Assembly (NCBI GenBank): GCA_964539375.1
Contig: CAZIIE010000002.1
Span: forward strand, 1 to 51,949
DNA from: an uncultured Nitrospirota bacterium
Lineage (GTDB): Bacteria > Nitrospirota > Thermodesulfovibrionia > Thermodesulfovibrionales > JdFR-85
Direction of reading: 5' to 3'
DNA length: 51,949 nt
Shown here in pieces: positions 1 to 7,966 of this stretch; within the stretch, counting starts at the first letter, position 1; the number at the start of each line of letters is the position of its first letter. The notes beneath the pieces were generated by a model. It worked only from the letters and a program-made list of their open reading frames with translations. It did no database searches and was not told where the DNA came from. Both the position numbers and the translations under genes were made by a program.

Positions 1-102
1 CTGTGCTTTATTATGTGTATAAAAAGTGCGTTGACCGTCATGAAGACACTGAAACAAAACAGGCCCCTTCATGTAGTATAAGGGCTGGAGAGAATATATA
101 AA

Positions 103-340
103 GGTATATTGGTATATTGGTATAGTGGTATAGTGGGTATTAATATGCGTTCATTGCGTTTATTGCGTTAATAGTGTTCGTTGCGTTGGTGGTGAGCTTG
201 GGATTTCAGATTTATGATTTAAAGAAACTGTGGTTTGAATAAAGCGGAAGTCGGAAGTGTAGAAGAGCGGAAAGTTTTAAAAATTGGAAGATTGGGATTT
301 GGAATTTGTTTAGGATTTAGAGTTTAGAAATTAGGATTTC
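103..340. repeat. Cascade of degenerate short tandem repeats; the unit is 7-9 nt and changes from block to block; C-poor on the + strand
   Basis: Blocks read directly: GGTATAKT x5 (103-142); TGCGTTYAT-like x5 (146-192); GATTTAN x3 (200-223); RGCGGAA-like x4 (243-274); ATTGGRA/AGGATTT/AGAGTTT-like units (283-340). By my count only 13 C in 238 nt. Confidence 0.85.
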
Positions 341-360
341 AATTAAAGGAGGTGTATGTT

Positions 361-582
361 ATGTATATGGCAAAGACAGATGGATGGTATCTGGAGAGGA
401 TAATCTGGCTCATAGCTGGAATATTCACTCTTACCGGAACCATACTGGCTGCTGTGCACAGCAAGTACTGGCTGATACTCACCGGGCTTGTTGGTGTAAA
501 CCTGATAATCTTTGCAACCACAGGCTTCTGCCTGATGGCAAACATTCTATACAAACTCGGCGCAAGACCAAGAATCAAGTGA
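361..582 (+). CDS. Small two-TM membrane protein, YgaP-like DUF2892 family
   Basis: ORF 352-582. AGGAGG at 347-352 with ATG at 361, 8 nt downstream. Two hydrophobic helices (IIWLIAGIFTLTGTILAAV; LILTGLVGVNLIIFATTGFCLMA). Size and layout are typical of DUF2892. Confidence 0.6.
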   Translation: MYMAKTDGWYLERIIWLIAGIFTLTGTILAAVHSKYWLILTGLVGVNLIIFATTGFCLMANILYKLGARPRIK

Positions 583-585
583 AAC

Positions 586-680
586 ACTAAATACTAATTT
601 CTAATTTCTAAACAACAATAGGAAAAAAACTATATTCCTTTAAACATTTAGAATTTAGGATTTCGAATTTAGAAATTAAG
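586..680. repeat. Inverted pair of TTTAGAAATTA-type repeat arms around an A-rich spacer
   Basis: G-free arm ACTAAATACTAATTTCTAATTTCTAAAC (586-613) faces C-poor arm TTTAGAATTTAGGATTTCGAATTTAGAAATTAAG (647-680). Perfect 10-bp inverted repeat TAATTTCTAA (595-604) / TTAGAAATTA (669-678). Confidence 0.8.
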
Positions 681-696
681 ACAGGAGGTGAGAGCA

Positions 697-849
697 GTGC
701 CCTTTTACACCTATGTCTGTCTTGACTGCGGAAGGGTATTCACCATAGCAGCAAACAGGGAGCCAGAACAGGGTGAAACAAAGTGCCCTGGCTGTAGCTC
801 CACCAGGGTAAACCTGGTTCCTGCTGGTATGCTTAGTGGTGGATGCTGA
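697..849 (+). CDS. FmdB-family zinc-ribbon protein (CxxC...CxxC), 50 aa; absent from the supplied ORF track because it is under 60 aa
   Basis: GTG at 697 lies 8 nt after AGGAGG (683-688). My translation is MPFYTYVCLDCGRVFTIAANREPEQGETKCPGCSSTRVNLVPAGMLSGGC, stop TGA 847-849. The N-terminal xPxYxYxCxxCG plus second CPGC knuckle is the FmdB/CxxC_CxxC_SSSS signature. Confidence 0.75.
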   Translation: MPFYTYVCLDCGRVFTIAANREPEQGETKCPGCSSTRVNLVPAGMLSGGC

Positions 850-930
850 GGCCCCTCAGCAGGCTGCTAATCCCGTGTGGATTGGTGATGGGATTTGATT
901 ATTTTCTCGCCCTCTATTTAGGATATATAG

Positions 931-2703
931 ATGTTCAAAAGACTGCTTCTGGTTGGTATTGTGGCTATAGTCCTTGGCAGTCTGACAGGCTTTTTGTTCT
1001 GGAGCCTGTCGGACCTGCCAAGGGTTGAGTCCCTTGAAGAATACACCCCCTTTGAGGCATCCAGAGTATATGACAAAAGTGGAAAGCTTATCGCAGAGTA
1101 TTACCTTGAACGGAGGACCTTTATACCCTTTTACAGGATACCCGAGCATGTAAAAAAGGCATTCATAGCCATTGAGGATGAGCGGTTTTACAAACACCAT
1201 GGTATTGATTTTATCGGAATTCTCAGGGCACTTTATTACGACATCAAGGCAGGCAGGATTGTTCAGGGTGGAAGCACCATCACCCAGCAGCTTGCCAAAC
1301 TTCTTTTTCTCAAACCAGAGCGAAGCATATCAAGGAAGATAAAGGAGGCAGCCCTTTCCCTTCAGATTGAAAAGAAATACACAAAAGAAGAGATACTGGG
1401 TCTTTATCTTAATCAGGCCTTTTTTGGAACCAATGCCTATGGAATTGAGGCAGCAGCCCACACCTACTTTGGCAAATCCACTGAGGAACTCTCCATTGCC
1501 GAGGCAGCTCTTCTTGCAGCATTGCCCCGTGCACCTTCCTATTATTCACCCTTTAAACACCCTGAAAAGGCCCTTAAAAGGAGAAACCTGGTGCTTAAAA
1601 AGATGCTTCAGCTTGGTTACATAAGCGATATTGAATACGAAGAGGCACTGCGTGAGCCTCTTCCTGAAAGACCTCACCGGAGACGTTACAGGGCACCCTA
1701 TTTTATTGAGCTCCTCAGAGAAAACCTTGAGGACCGTTACAATCAGGGGCTTTACACCGATGGGCTCAGGATTTATTCAACTCTGGATATGCATTATCAG
1801 GCTGTGGCAGAGGAGGCTGTTAAAAAGGGTATAGAGCAGCTTGAAAAGCGTGTAAAACCAGGGGTTCAGGCAGCCCTTATAGCTATTGAGTTAGAAACAG
1901 GCAAAGTGGTTGCCATGGTTGGTGGAACCGACTTCTGGCAGACCCAGTTTAACAGGGCAACCCAGGCACTCAGACAGCCTGGCTCTGCATTCAAGCCCAT
2001 AGTCTATCTAACAGCAATTCAGAATGACATTATCCCTGAAGACACCATTGAAGACAGAGAGGTGGGCTATCCCATGCCTGACAAAAAGGATGAGGTCTGG
2101 ACACCAAGGAATTATGAAAAAATTTACAACGGTGAGGTCACCCTGCTTCAGGCCCTCTCACACAGTCTTAATGCTGCCACGGTCTGCCTTGCCGATACCA
2201 TCGGAATAAAAAGGATTATCAAGACAGCTAAATACATCGGGCTCAATACACCCGTTCACCCTTACCTGTCATCTGCAATTGGAGCATCTGAAACAACCCT
2301 TTATGACCTTGCCCTTGCCTATATAACCATAGCAACAGGTTACAGAACAAAGCCACTGTTAATAAACGAGGTGGTTAACCGTGAGGAAATAAGCCTTGAG
2401 CAACATTACCCTGAAACCATAAAGGTGCTTGACCCAGCAGTGGTTGACACAATCCGATTTATGCTAAGGGATGTGATACTGAATGGAACGGGCAGAAAGG
2501 CAAAGCAGCTAAACCGCACTGTTTACGGTAAGACAGGCACAACCAATGACTACACCGATGCCTGGTTCATGGGCTTTGATGACCAGTTAGTGGTGGGGGT
2601 ATGGGTTGGAAGGGATGACCACACACCAATCGGTCCCCGTGAAACAGGAGCCAGGGCTGCACTGCCTATCTGGATTGACTTTATGAAGAAGTACAGAGAA
2701 TGA
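931..2703 (+). CDS. Class A penicillin-binding protein (glycosyltransferase GT51 plus transpeptidase)
   Basis: N-terminal TM anchor. GT51 motifs EDERFYKHHGID and GGSTITQQLAK. Transpeptidase motifs SAFKP (SxxK), SHSLN (SxN), KTGTTND (KTG). Confidence 0.9.
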   Translation: MFKRLLLVGIVAIVLGSLTGFLFWSLSDLPRVESLEEYTPFEASRVYDKSGKLIAEYYLERRTFIPFYRIPEHVKKAFIAIEDERFYKHHGIDFIGILRALYYDIKAGRIVQGGSTITQQLAKLLFLKPERSISRKIKEAALSLQIEKKYTKEEILGLYLNQAFFGTNAYGIEAAAHTYFGKSTEELSIAEAALLAALPRAPSYYSPFKHPEKALKRRNLVLKKMLQLGYISDIEYEEALREPLPERPHRRRYRAPYFIELLRENLEDRYNQGLYTDGLRIYSTLDMHYQAVAEEAVKKGIEQLEKRVKPGVQAALIAIELETGKVVAMVGGTDFWQTQFNRATQALRQPGSAFKPIVYLTAIQNDIIPEDTIEDREVGYPMPDKKDEVWTPRNYEKIYNGEVTLLQALSHSLNAATVCLADTIGIKRIIKTAKYIGLNTPVHPYLSSAIGASETTLYDLALAYITIATGYRTKPLLINEVVNREEISLEQHYPETIKVLDPAVVDTIRFMLRDVILNGTGRKAKQLNRTVYGKTGTTNDYTDAWFMGFDDQLVVGVWVGRDDHTPIGPRETGARAALPIWIDFMKKYRE

Positions 2704-2725
2704 AGCCTTTTTAAGGAGTTGCCCT

Positions 2726-5344
2726 TTAGTGGGCATCAGCCCAGTTCTTAGCCACACCTATGTCAACTTTGAGAGGAACCCTTAACTCAACAACCCCTTC
2801 CATCTCCTTTCTTACAAGCTCTTTAATTTCCTCAAGCTCCTCATCATAAACCTCAAAGAGCAGCTCATCGTGGACCTGAAGAATCATCCTTGTCCTGTAT
2901 GAACCCTTTTTAAGACGCCTGTAAATCCTTACCATTGCAAGTTTGATAATATCAGCAGCTGTGCCCTGCACAGGAGAGTTCATAGCCAATCTCTGTCCAA
3001 GTGAAGACTGCTGCATATTTGGACTTAAAAGCTCAGGCACTGGACGTTTCCTCCCAAAAAGGGTCTTCACATAACCAAGCCTTTTTGCCTCTTCTATGAC
3101 CCTGTCATAGTACTGCCTGACTCCTTCATACTTCAGAAAGTACTCATCAATGTAAGACTGGGCATCCTCCATACTTACCTCAATCGCCTCGGAAAGCCCA
3201 TAGGCAGAGATGCCATAAACAACCCCAAAATTCACTGTTTTGGCTATCCTCCTCATATCCTGGGTTACATCTTCAGGACCAACTTCAAAAAGCTCCATAG
3301 CAGTGGCAGTATGGATATCCCTGTCCTCAAGGAAGGCTCTGCAAAGACGTTCATCACCACTTAAGTGGGCGAGAACCCTTAACTCAATCTGGGAGTAATC
3401 AGCCGATAGTATTTTAGCTCCCTCTTCAGCAACAAAGGCCTCTCTTATCTTCCTTCCCCATTGTCCACGTATGGGTATATTCTGTAAATTTGGCTCACTG
3501 CTGCTTAACCGTCCAGTGGCAGTGACTGTCTGGTTAAAGGTCGTGTGGATACGGCCTGTTTCAGGATTTATAAGCTTGGGAAGGCTATCCACATAGGTAT
3601 TTTTAAGTTTTGTAAGGCTTCGCCAGTTAAGGATGTCGCCTGGCAGCTCATGTTCTTTGGCAAGCTCCTCCAGCACTCTAACATCGGTAGAGTAGCCAGT
3701 CTTTGTCTTCCTGATAGGTTTTAGTCCAAGCTTCTCAAATAAAACACGGGAGAGTTGCTTTGGAGAGTTTATATTAAACTCCTCACCAGCAAGCTCATAT
3801 ATGCGTCTTTTAATCTCAATCAGCTCAGCCTCTAACTCCCTGGATATGTTACCAAGCACCTGGGTGTCAATCTTCACCCCTGTCTTTTCCATCTCATAGA
3901 GCACCTCAATAAGGGGCATCTCAATATCATGGTAAAGCCTGTCAAGCCCCTCTGCTTTAAGCCTTTTAATGAGCTCTTTCCTCAGTCTCTCAATCATCAG
4001 GACCGCCTCAGAAGCAAGGCTACCAGCCCATTCCACCTCCTGAGAAGAAACATCAGAAGAAAGCAACTCCTTTTCAGTATCGGTCTTTTTATTTAGATAC
4101 TCAAGCACTATCTCTTTAAGGGAGTGGTCAGACCTGTTAGGATTTAACAGATAGGATAAAACCATCACATCCTGAAGCTCACCCTTTAATGGCTGGTTTA
4201 CTGCCTTCATTAACCTCTTAAGGTCATGGCCTACTTTTACAGTCCTATCACTCTGTAAAACAGGTGAAAGGGCATTAATCAGCCCTTCGCAGTTAAGCTG
4301 TTTGGGTGCACCCAGGTATCTGTGCATGCAGGGAATATAAAGGGGCTCTTTCTCAGAGCATATTGATAGACCTATGAGGTTTGAACCCCTATCGGTTACA
4401 GGATAAAGGGTTATATGGTCTCCTATTTCCTTTAACCAGCTTATAAGCTCCCCCTCATCAAAGACAACCCTGAAACTTACCTCCTGTCTTTCAGAGGGTA
4501 TCAGCTCCATGAGCTTGCTGAACTCAAGCTCCCTGAATATCTCAAAGAGCCTCTGGTAATCAGGCGCTCGGGGCAGTACATCCTCAGAATTGAACTCTAC
4601 CGGAGCATCAGCGCGTATGAGGGAAAGCTCGTAACTCAACCTTATATCATCAATGCTGTCTTTAATAAGCTCCGAAACCCTTTTTCCACCTGCAAGTTCA
4701 GGCTTATTTATAAGCTCCTCAAGGCTGTGCTTGCTGAGAAGTTTTGTTGCAGTCTTTTCGCCTATCCCCTTAACTCCCGGGATATTATCAATACTGTCAC
4801 CGGTAAGGGCCATCAGCTCGGGTATCCGCTCAGGTGGAAGGCCAAACCTCCTTTTTACATCCTCAGCCCCAAGGGTTGCATTCTTTGATGGGTCATAGAT
4901 ATACACACCAGGACACAATACCTGAAGCATATCCTTATCAGCGGTTACAAGATAGACATCATAGCCGTCCCTTGAAGCTTTAATAGCAAGGGTTGCAAGC
5001 AGGTCGTCTGCTTCATATCCTTCAAGTTCGTAAATCTTTATTCCAAGAGCCTTTAAAATCTCCCTGATATAGGGTATCTGAACAATAAGCTCACCGGGTG
5101 TTTCCGGTCTTTGCGCCTTGTACTCCTCATAAAGTTTGTGTCTTTTGGTTGGCACTGGAGAGTCAAAACAAACGGCAATACCGGTAGGCTCTCGTTCCTT
5201 AATTAGCTTAAGTATCATGTTGGTAAAACCATAAACAGCATTGGTGGGAAAACCCTTTGAGTTGGTAAGACCCCTTATGGCATGGAAGGCCCTGTAGACA
5301 AAGGAGTTACCATCTATGAGATAAAGGGCAGGCCTTTCAGACAT
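2726..5344 (-). CDS. polA: DNA polymerase I
   Basis: 872 aa. 5' nuclease N-terminus (LIDGNSFVYRAFHA, GVKGIGEKTA). Polymerase motifs A (DYSQIELRVLAH), B (RRIAKTVNFGVVYG), C (QVHDELLFEV). Confidence 0.95.
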   Translation of the reverse strand: MSERPALYLIDGNSFVYRAFHAIRGLTNSKGFPTNAVYGFTNMILKLIKEREPTGIAVCFDSPVPTKRHKLYEEYKAQRPETPGELIVQIPYIREILKALGIKIYELEGYEADDLLATLAIKASRDGYDVYLVTADKDMLQVLCPGVYIYDPSKNATLGAEDVKRRFGLPPERIPELMALTGDSIDNIPGVKGIGEKTATKLLSKHSLEELINKPELAGGKRVSELIKDSIDDIRLSYELSLIRADAPVEFNSEDVLPRAPDYQRLFEIFRELEFSKLMELIPSERQEVSFRVVFDEGELISWLKEIGDHITLYPVTDRGSNLIGLSICSEKEPLYIPCMHRYLGAPKQLNCEGLINALSPVLQSDRTVKVGHDLKRLMKAVNQPLKGELQDVMVLSYLLNPNRSDHSLKEIVLEYLNKKTDTEKELLSSDVSSQEVEWAGSLASEAVLMIERLRKELIKRLKAEGLDRLYHDIEMPLIEVLYEMEKTGVKIDTQVLGNISRELEAELIEIKRRIYELAGEEFNINSPKQLSRVLFEKLGLKPIRKTKTGYSTDVRVLEELAKEHELPGDILNWRSLTKLKNTYVDSLPKLINPETGRIHTTFNQTVTATGRLSSSEPNLQNIPIRGQWGRKIREAFVAEEGAKILSADYSQIELRVLAHLSGDERLCRAFLEDRDIHTATAMELFEVGPEDVTQDMRRIAKTVNFGVVYGISAYGLSEAIEVSMEDAQSYIDEYFLKYEGVRQYYDRVIEEAKRLGYVKTLFGRKRPVPELLSPNMQQSSLGQRLAMNSPVQGTAADIIKLAMVRIYRRLKKGSYRTRMILQVHDELLFEVYDEELEEIKELVRKEMEGVVELRVPLKVDIGVAKNWADAH

Positions 5345-7666
5345 CTATGCCTCTTTAGAAACCTCTTCAGGGCTTTCCTGCTCCAGGGGCTTTTTATGCT
5401 TGCACTCCTTGTTTGGACAGAGCAGATAGGCATTACCCTGACGGTCTCTTCTTTCAAGCATATATTCGGAGCCACATTCAGGGCATTTCTCATTAACTGG
5501 TTTGTACCAGGAGGCAAACTTACACTGTGGCCAGTTACTGCAGCTCCAGAAGACCTTTCCCTTTTTGCTCCTTTTCTCTATAATGTCACCACCGTCCAGT
5601 GGACATTTTACTCCTGTGCTCAGGGGTTTTGTGCCCTTACATTCAGGATACCGTGAGCAGGCAAGAAACCTCCCATACCTGCTCGTCCTTATCACCATGG
5701 GTGAGCCGCATTCAGGACATTTCTCATCGGTCTTCTCTGGCTCAGGTCTTTTATTTTCTTCATCCTCAAGGGGACGGGTATTTTTACACTTTGGATAACC
5801 CGAGCAGGCAAGGAACCTTCCATGGCGTCCCCATCTCTTCACCATGGGCTGGCCGCAGAGCTCACAGACTATGTCGGTAGGCTCATCCTTTGGCCTGACC
5901 TTTCCGAGGGTCTCCATAGCCTCTTCAAGGTCTTTCTTAAAGGGTGTATAAAAATCCTCAACCACACTGACCCACTTCATCTGGCCACCCTCAACCTTGT
6001 CAAGCTCATCCTCCATGCGAGCGGTAAAGCCAACATCCATTAACTCTGGAAATCTTTCAACAAGAAGGTCACTTACAAGCATACCCAGTTCGGTTGGCAC
6101 AAGACGCCCCTCTTGTTTCTTTACATACTTTCTCTCCTGAATCGTGGAAAGTATGGCTGCATAGGTGCTTGGTCTTCCAATGCCCTTTTCCTCAAGGGTT
6201 TTTACAAGGGTTGCCTCTGTGTACCTTGGAGGTGGCTGGGTTTGATGTGCCGTATGCTCAATGGATTGAAGTCTAACCACAGAGCCCTCTTTAAGGTCAG
6301 GCAGTATGCCTTCTGTGTCCTGCTCCTCTGGCTCGTCTTTGCCTTCGGTGTAGACAGCCATAAATCCCTTGAACTTTACCACATAACCGGAGACCCTGAA
6401 CTCGGCCTCCCTGTGTTCATCGTTGATAATGAAGGTTGTCTGCTCTATCTTTGCCGATGCCATCTGAGAGGCGATAAACCTCTGCCAGATGAGTCTGTAA
6501 AGGGCATACTGGTCTCGGGTGAGATACTTTTTTACTGTTTCAGGTGGCCTTGAAAGATAGGTTGGACGGATTGCTTCATGGGCATCCTGCACCTTCTTTG
6601 TCTGTTTCTTTGACTTTCTTGATGATGAGGGAAGGTAATCCTTACCATATTTTTCCTTAATATACTGTCTTGCAGCCTCCACTGCCTCATCAGCCACCCT
6701 TGTTGAGTCGGTCCTCATATAGGTGATAAGCCCCACCGAGCCTTCCTCACCAAGTTCCACTCCTTCGTAAAGCTGCTGGGCAAGCATCATGGTCTTTTTG
6801 GGTGTAAACCTTAGTTTTCTTGCAGCCTCCTGCTGAAGGGTACTGGTGATGAAGGGGGCTGGAGGGTTCCTTCTTCTTAGTTTTTTCTCAACAGAGACAA
6901 GATAAAACCTTCTGTCCTTCAGGGTCTCAATCAGAGCCTTTGCATCATCCTCTGAACGAAGTAAAAACTCGCCCTTTTCCCTGTTGATAAGGTATTTATT
7001 TTTAAACTTAAAAAGCCTTGCAGTGAAGCTGGGAGGGACTTCACCAAGGAACTCACCACTTATACTCCAGTACTGAATTGGTTTAAAGGCCTGTATTTCC
7101 TTTTCCCTGTCAACCACAAGCCTTAAGGCAACAGACTGGACCCTGCCTGCGCTGAGCCCCCTTCGGACCTTTCGCCACAGAAGCGGGCTCAGTTCATAAC
7201 CCACCAGACGGTCAAGTATTCGCCTTGCCTGCTGGGCAAGGACCTTGTTCATGTCTATATCACCGGGGTTTTTGATTGCCTCCTTAACTGCCCGCTCGGT
7301 TATCTCGTTAAAGGTAATCCTGTAAAGCTTCTTTTCCTTTGAGGTTTTCTTTTGCGTCTTTGTTTTTGAGTCTTTTATTACCTCTGCTATGTGCCAGGCT
7401 ATAGCCTCACCCTCACGGTCTGGGTCAGGTGCAAGATACACTACATCTGCCTCTTTTACTGCCTTCCTTAAATCCTTTATTACCTTTTCTTTACCAGGAA
7501 TGATAATGTACTTTGGCTCAAAGTCTCTTTTCACATCCACACCCAACTCTTTCTCGGGCAGGTCACGGACATGCCCAACTGAGGCCTTAACAGAAAAGCC
7601 CTTTCCGAGTATCTTATTTATTGTCTTTGCCTTTGCAGGGGATTCAACTATTACAAGGGATTTCAT
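5345..7666 (-). CDS. topA: DNA topoisomerase I with C-terminal zinc ribbons
   Basis: Toprim N-terminus KSLVIVESPAKAKTI. Repeated CxxC...C...C ribbons in the C-terminal 180 aa. The ORF opens at 7675, but ATG at 7666 with GGAGA 9 nt upstream gives the canonical MKSLVIVESPAKA start. Confidence 0.95.
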   Translation of the reverse strand: MKSLVIVESPAKAKTINKILGKGFSVKASVGHVRDLPEKELGVDVKRDFEPKYIIIPGKEKVIKDLRKAVKEADVVYLAPDPDREGEAIAWHIAEVIKDSKTKTQKKTSKEKKLYRITFNEITERAVKEAIKNPGDIDMNKVLAQQARRILDRLVGYELSPLLWRKVRRGLSAGRVQSVALRLVVDREKEIQAFKPIQYWSISGEFLGEVPPSFTARLFKFKNKYLINREKGEFLLRSEDDAKALIETLKDRRFYLVSVEKKLRRRNPPAPFITSTLQQEAARKLRFTPKKTMMLAQQLYEGVELGEEGSVGLITYMRTDSTRVADEAVEAARQYIKEKYGKDYLPSSSRKSKKQTKKVQDAHEAIRPTYLSRPPETVKKYLTRDQYALYRLIWQRFIASQMASAKIEQTTFIINDEHREAEFRVSGYVVKFKGFMAVYTEGKDEPEEQDTEGILPDLKEGSVVRLQSIEHTAHQTQPPPRYTEATLVKTLEEKGIGRPSTYAAILSTIQERKYVKKQEGRLVPTELGMLVSDLLVERFPELMDVGFTARMEDELDKVEGGQMKWVSVVEDFYTPFKKDLEEAMETLGKVRPKDEPTDIVCELCGQPMVKRWGRHGRFLACSGYPKCKNTRPLEDEENKRPEPEKTDEKCPECGSPMVIRTSRYGRFLACSRYPECKGTKPLSTGVKCPLDGGDIIEKRSKKGKVFWSCSNWPQCKFASWYKPVNEKCPECGSEYMLERRDRQGNAYLLCPNKECKHKKPLEQESPEEVSKEA

Positions 7667-7681
7667 CTCCATCACTCTCCA

Positions 7682-7966
7682 TTATTGCCATGTTATTCTT
7701 TTTCCTTTGCCATAAACTATGGCATAGATGTCTTCAATATCAATATCGGTATTCTTCATGAAGAGATAAACAAGCACTGACTTCAGAAAGTCAACCTCCT
7801 CAGGCTCTATCTGAGCAGACCCCTCCAGCATACCAAGCTCTTCATTTAACCTGTGGAGGTCAATGTCCTTTGCATTTATCTGTAACAGAAGTTCATCCAT
7901 GTCAGACTCCTTCAGTTCAAGGTCATCAGAAAGGAGTTTTATCAGCTCAAGAAATCTCTTATACAC
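7682..7966 (-). CDS. Hypothetical acidic 94-aa protein between dprA and topA (positional analogue of smg)
   Basis: Intact ORF overlapping the dprA stop by 8 nt and ending 15 nt before topA. No motif I can assign with confidence. Confidence 0.5.
   Translation of the reverse strand: MYKRFLELIKLLSDDLELKESDMDELLLQINAKDIDLHRLNEELGMLEGSAQIEPEEVDFLKSVLVYLFMKNTDIDIEDIYAIVYGKGKRITWQ

Noticed and set aside
1-81. Open frame-1 segment ending at TAA 79-81, and a minus-strand ATG at 73 running out of the window
   Set aside because: It is too short and truncated by the window edge to judge. No motif or ribosome-binding site supports either one.
843-1200. 61-aa + and 114-aa minus ORFs around the PBP start
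   Set aside because: They overlap the N-terminal TM anchor and GT51 domain of the PBP gene, and nothing independent supports them.
5282-6553. Several 60-146-aa + strand ORFs
   Set aside because: All are antisense to topA or the polA start and have no Shine-Dalgarno sites or motifs. They are shadow ORFs of a long, well-supported gene.
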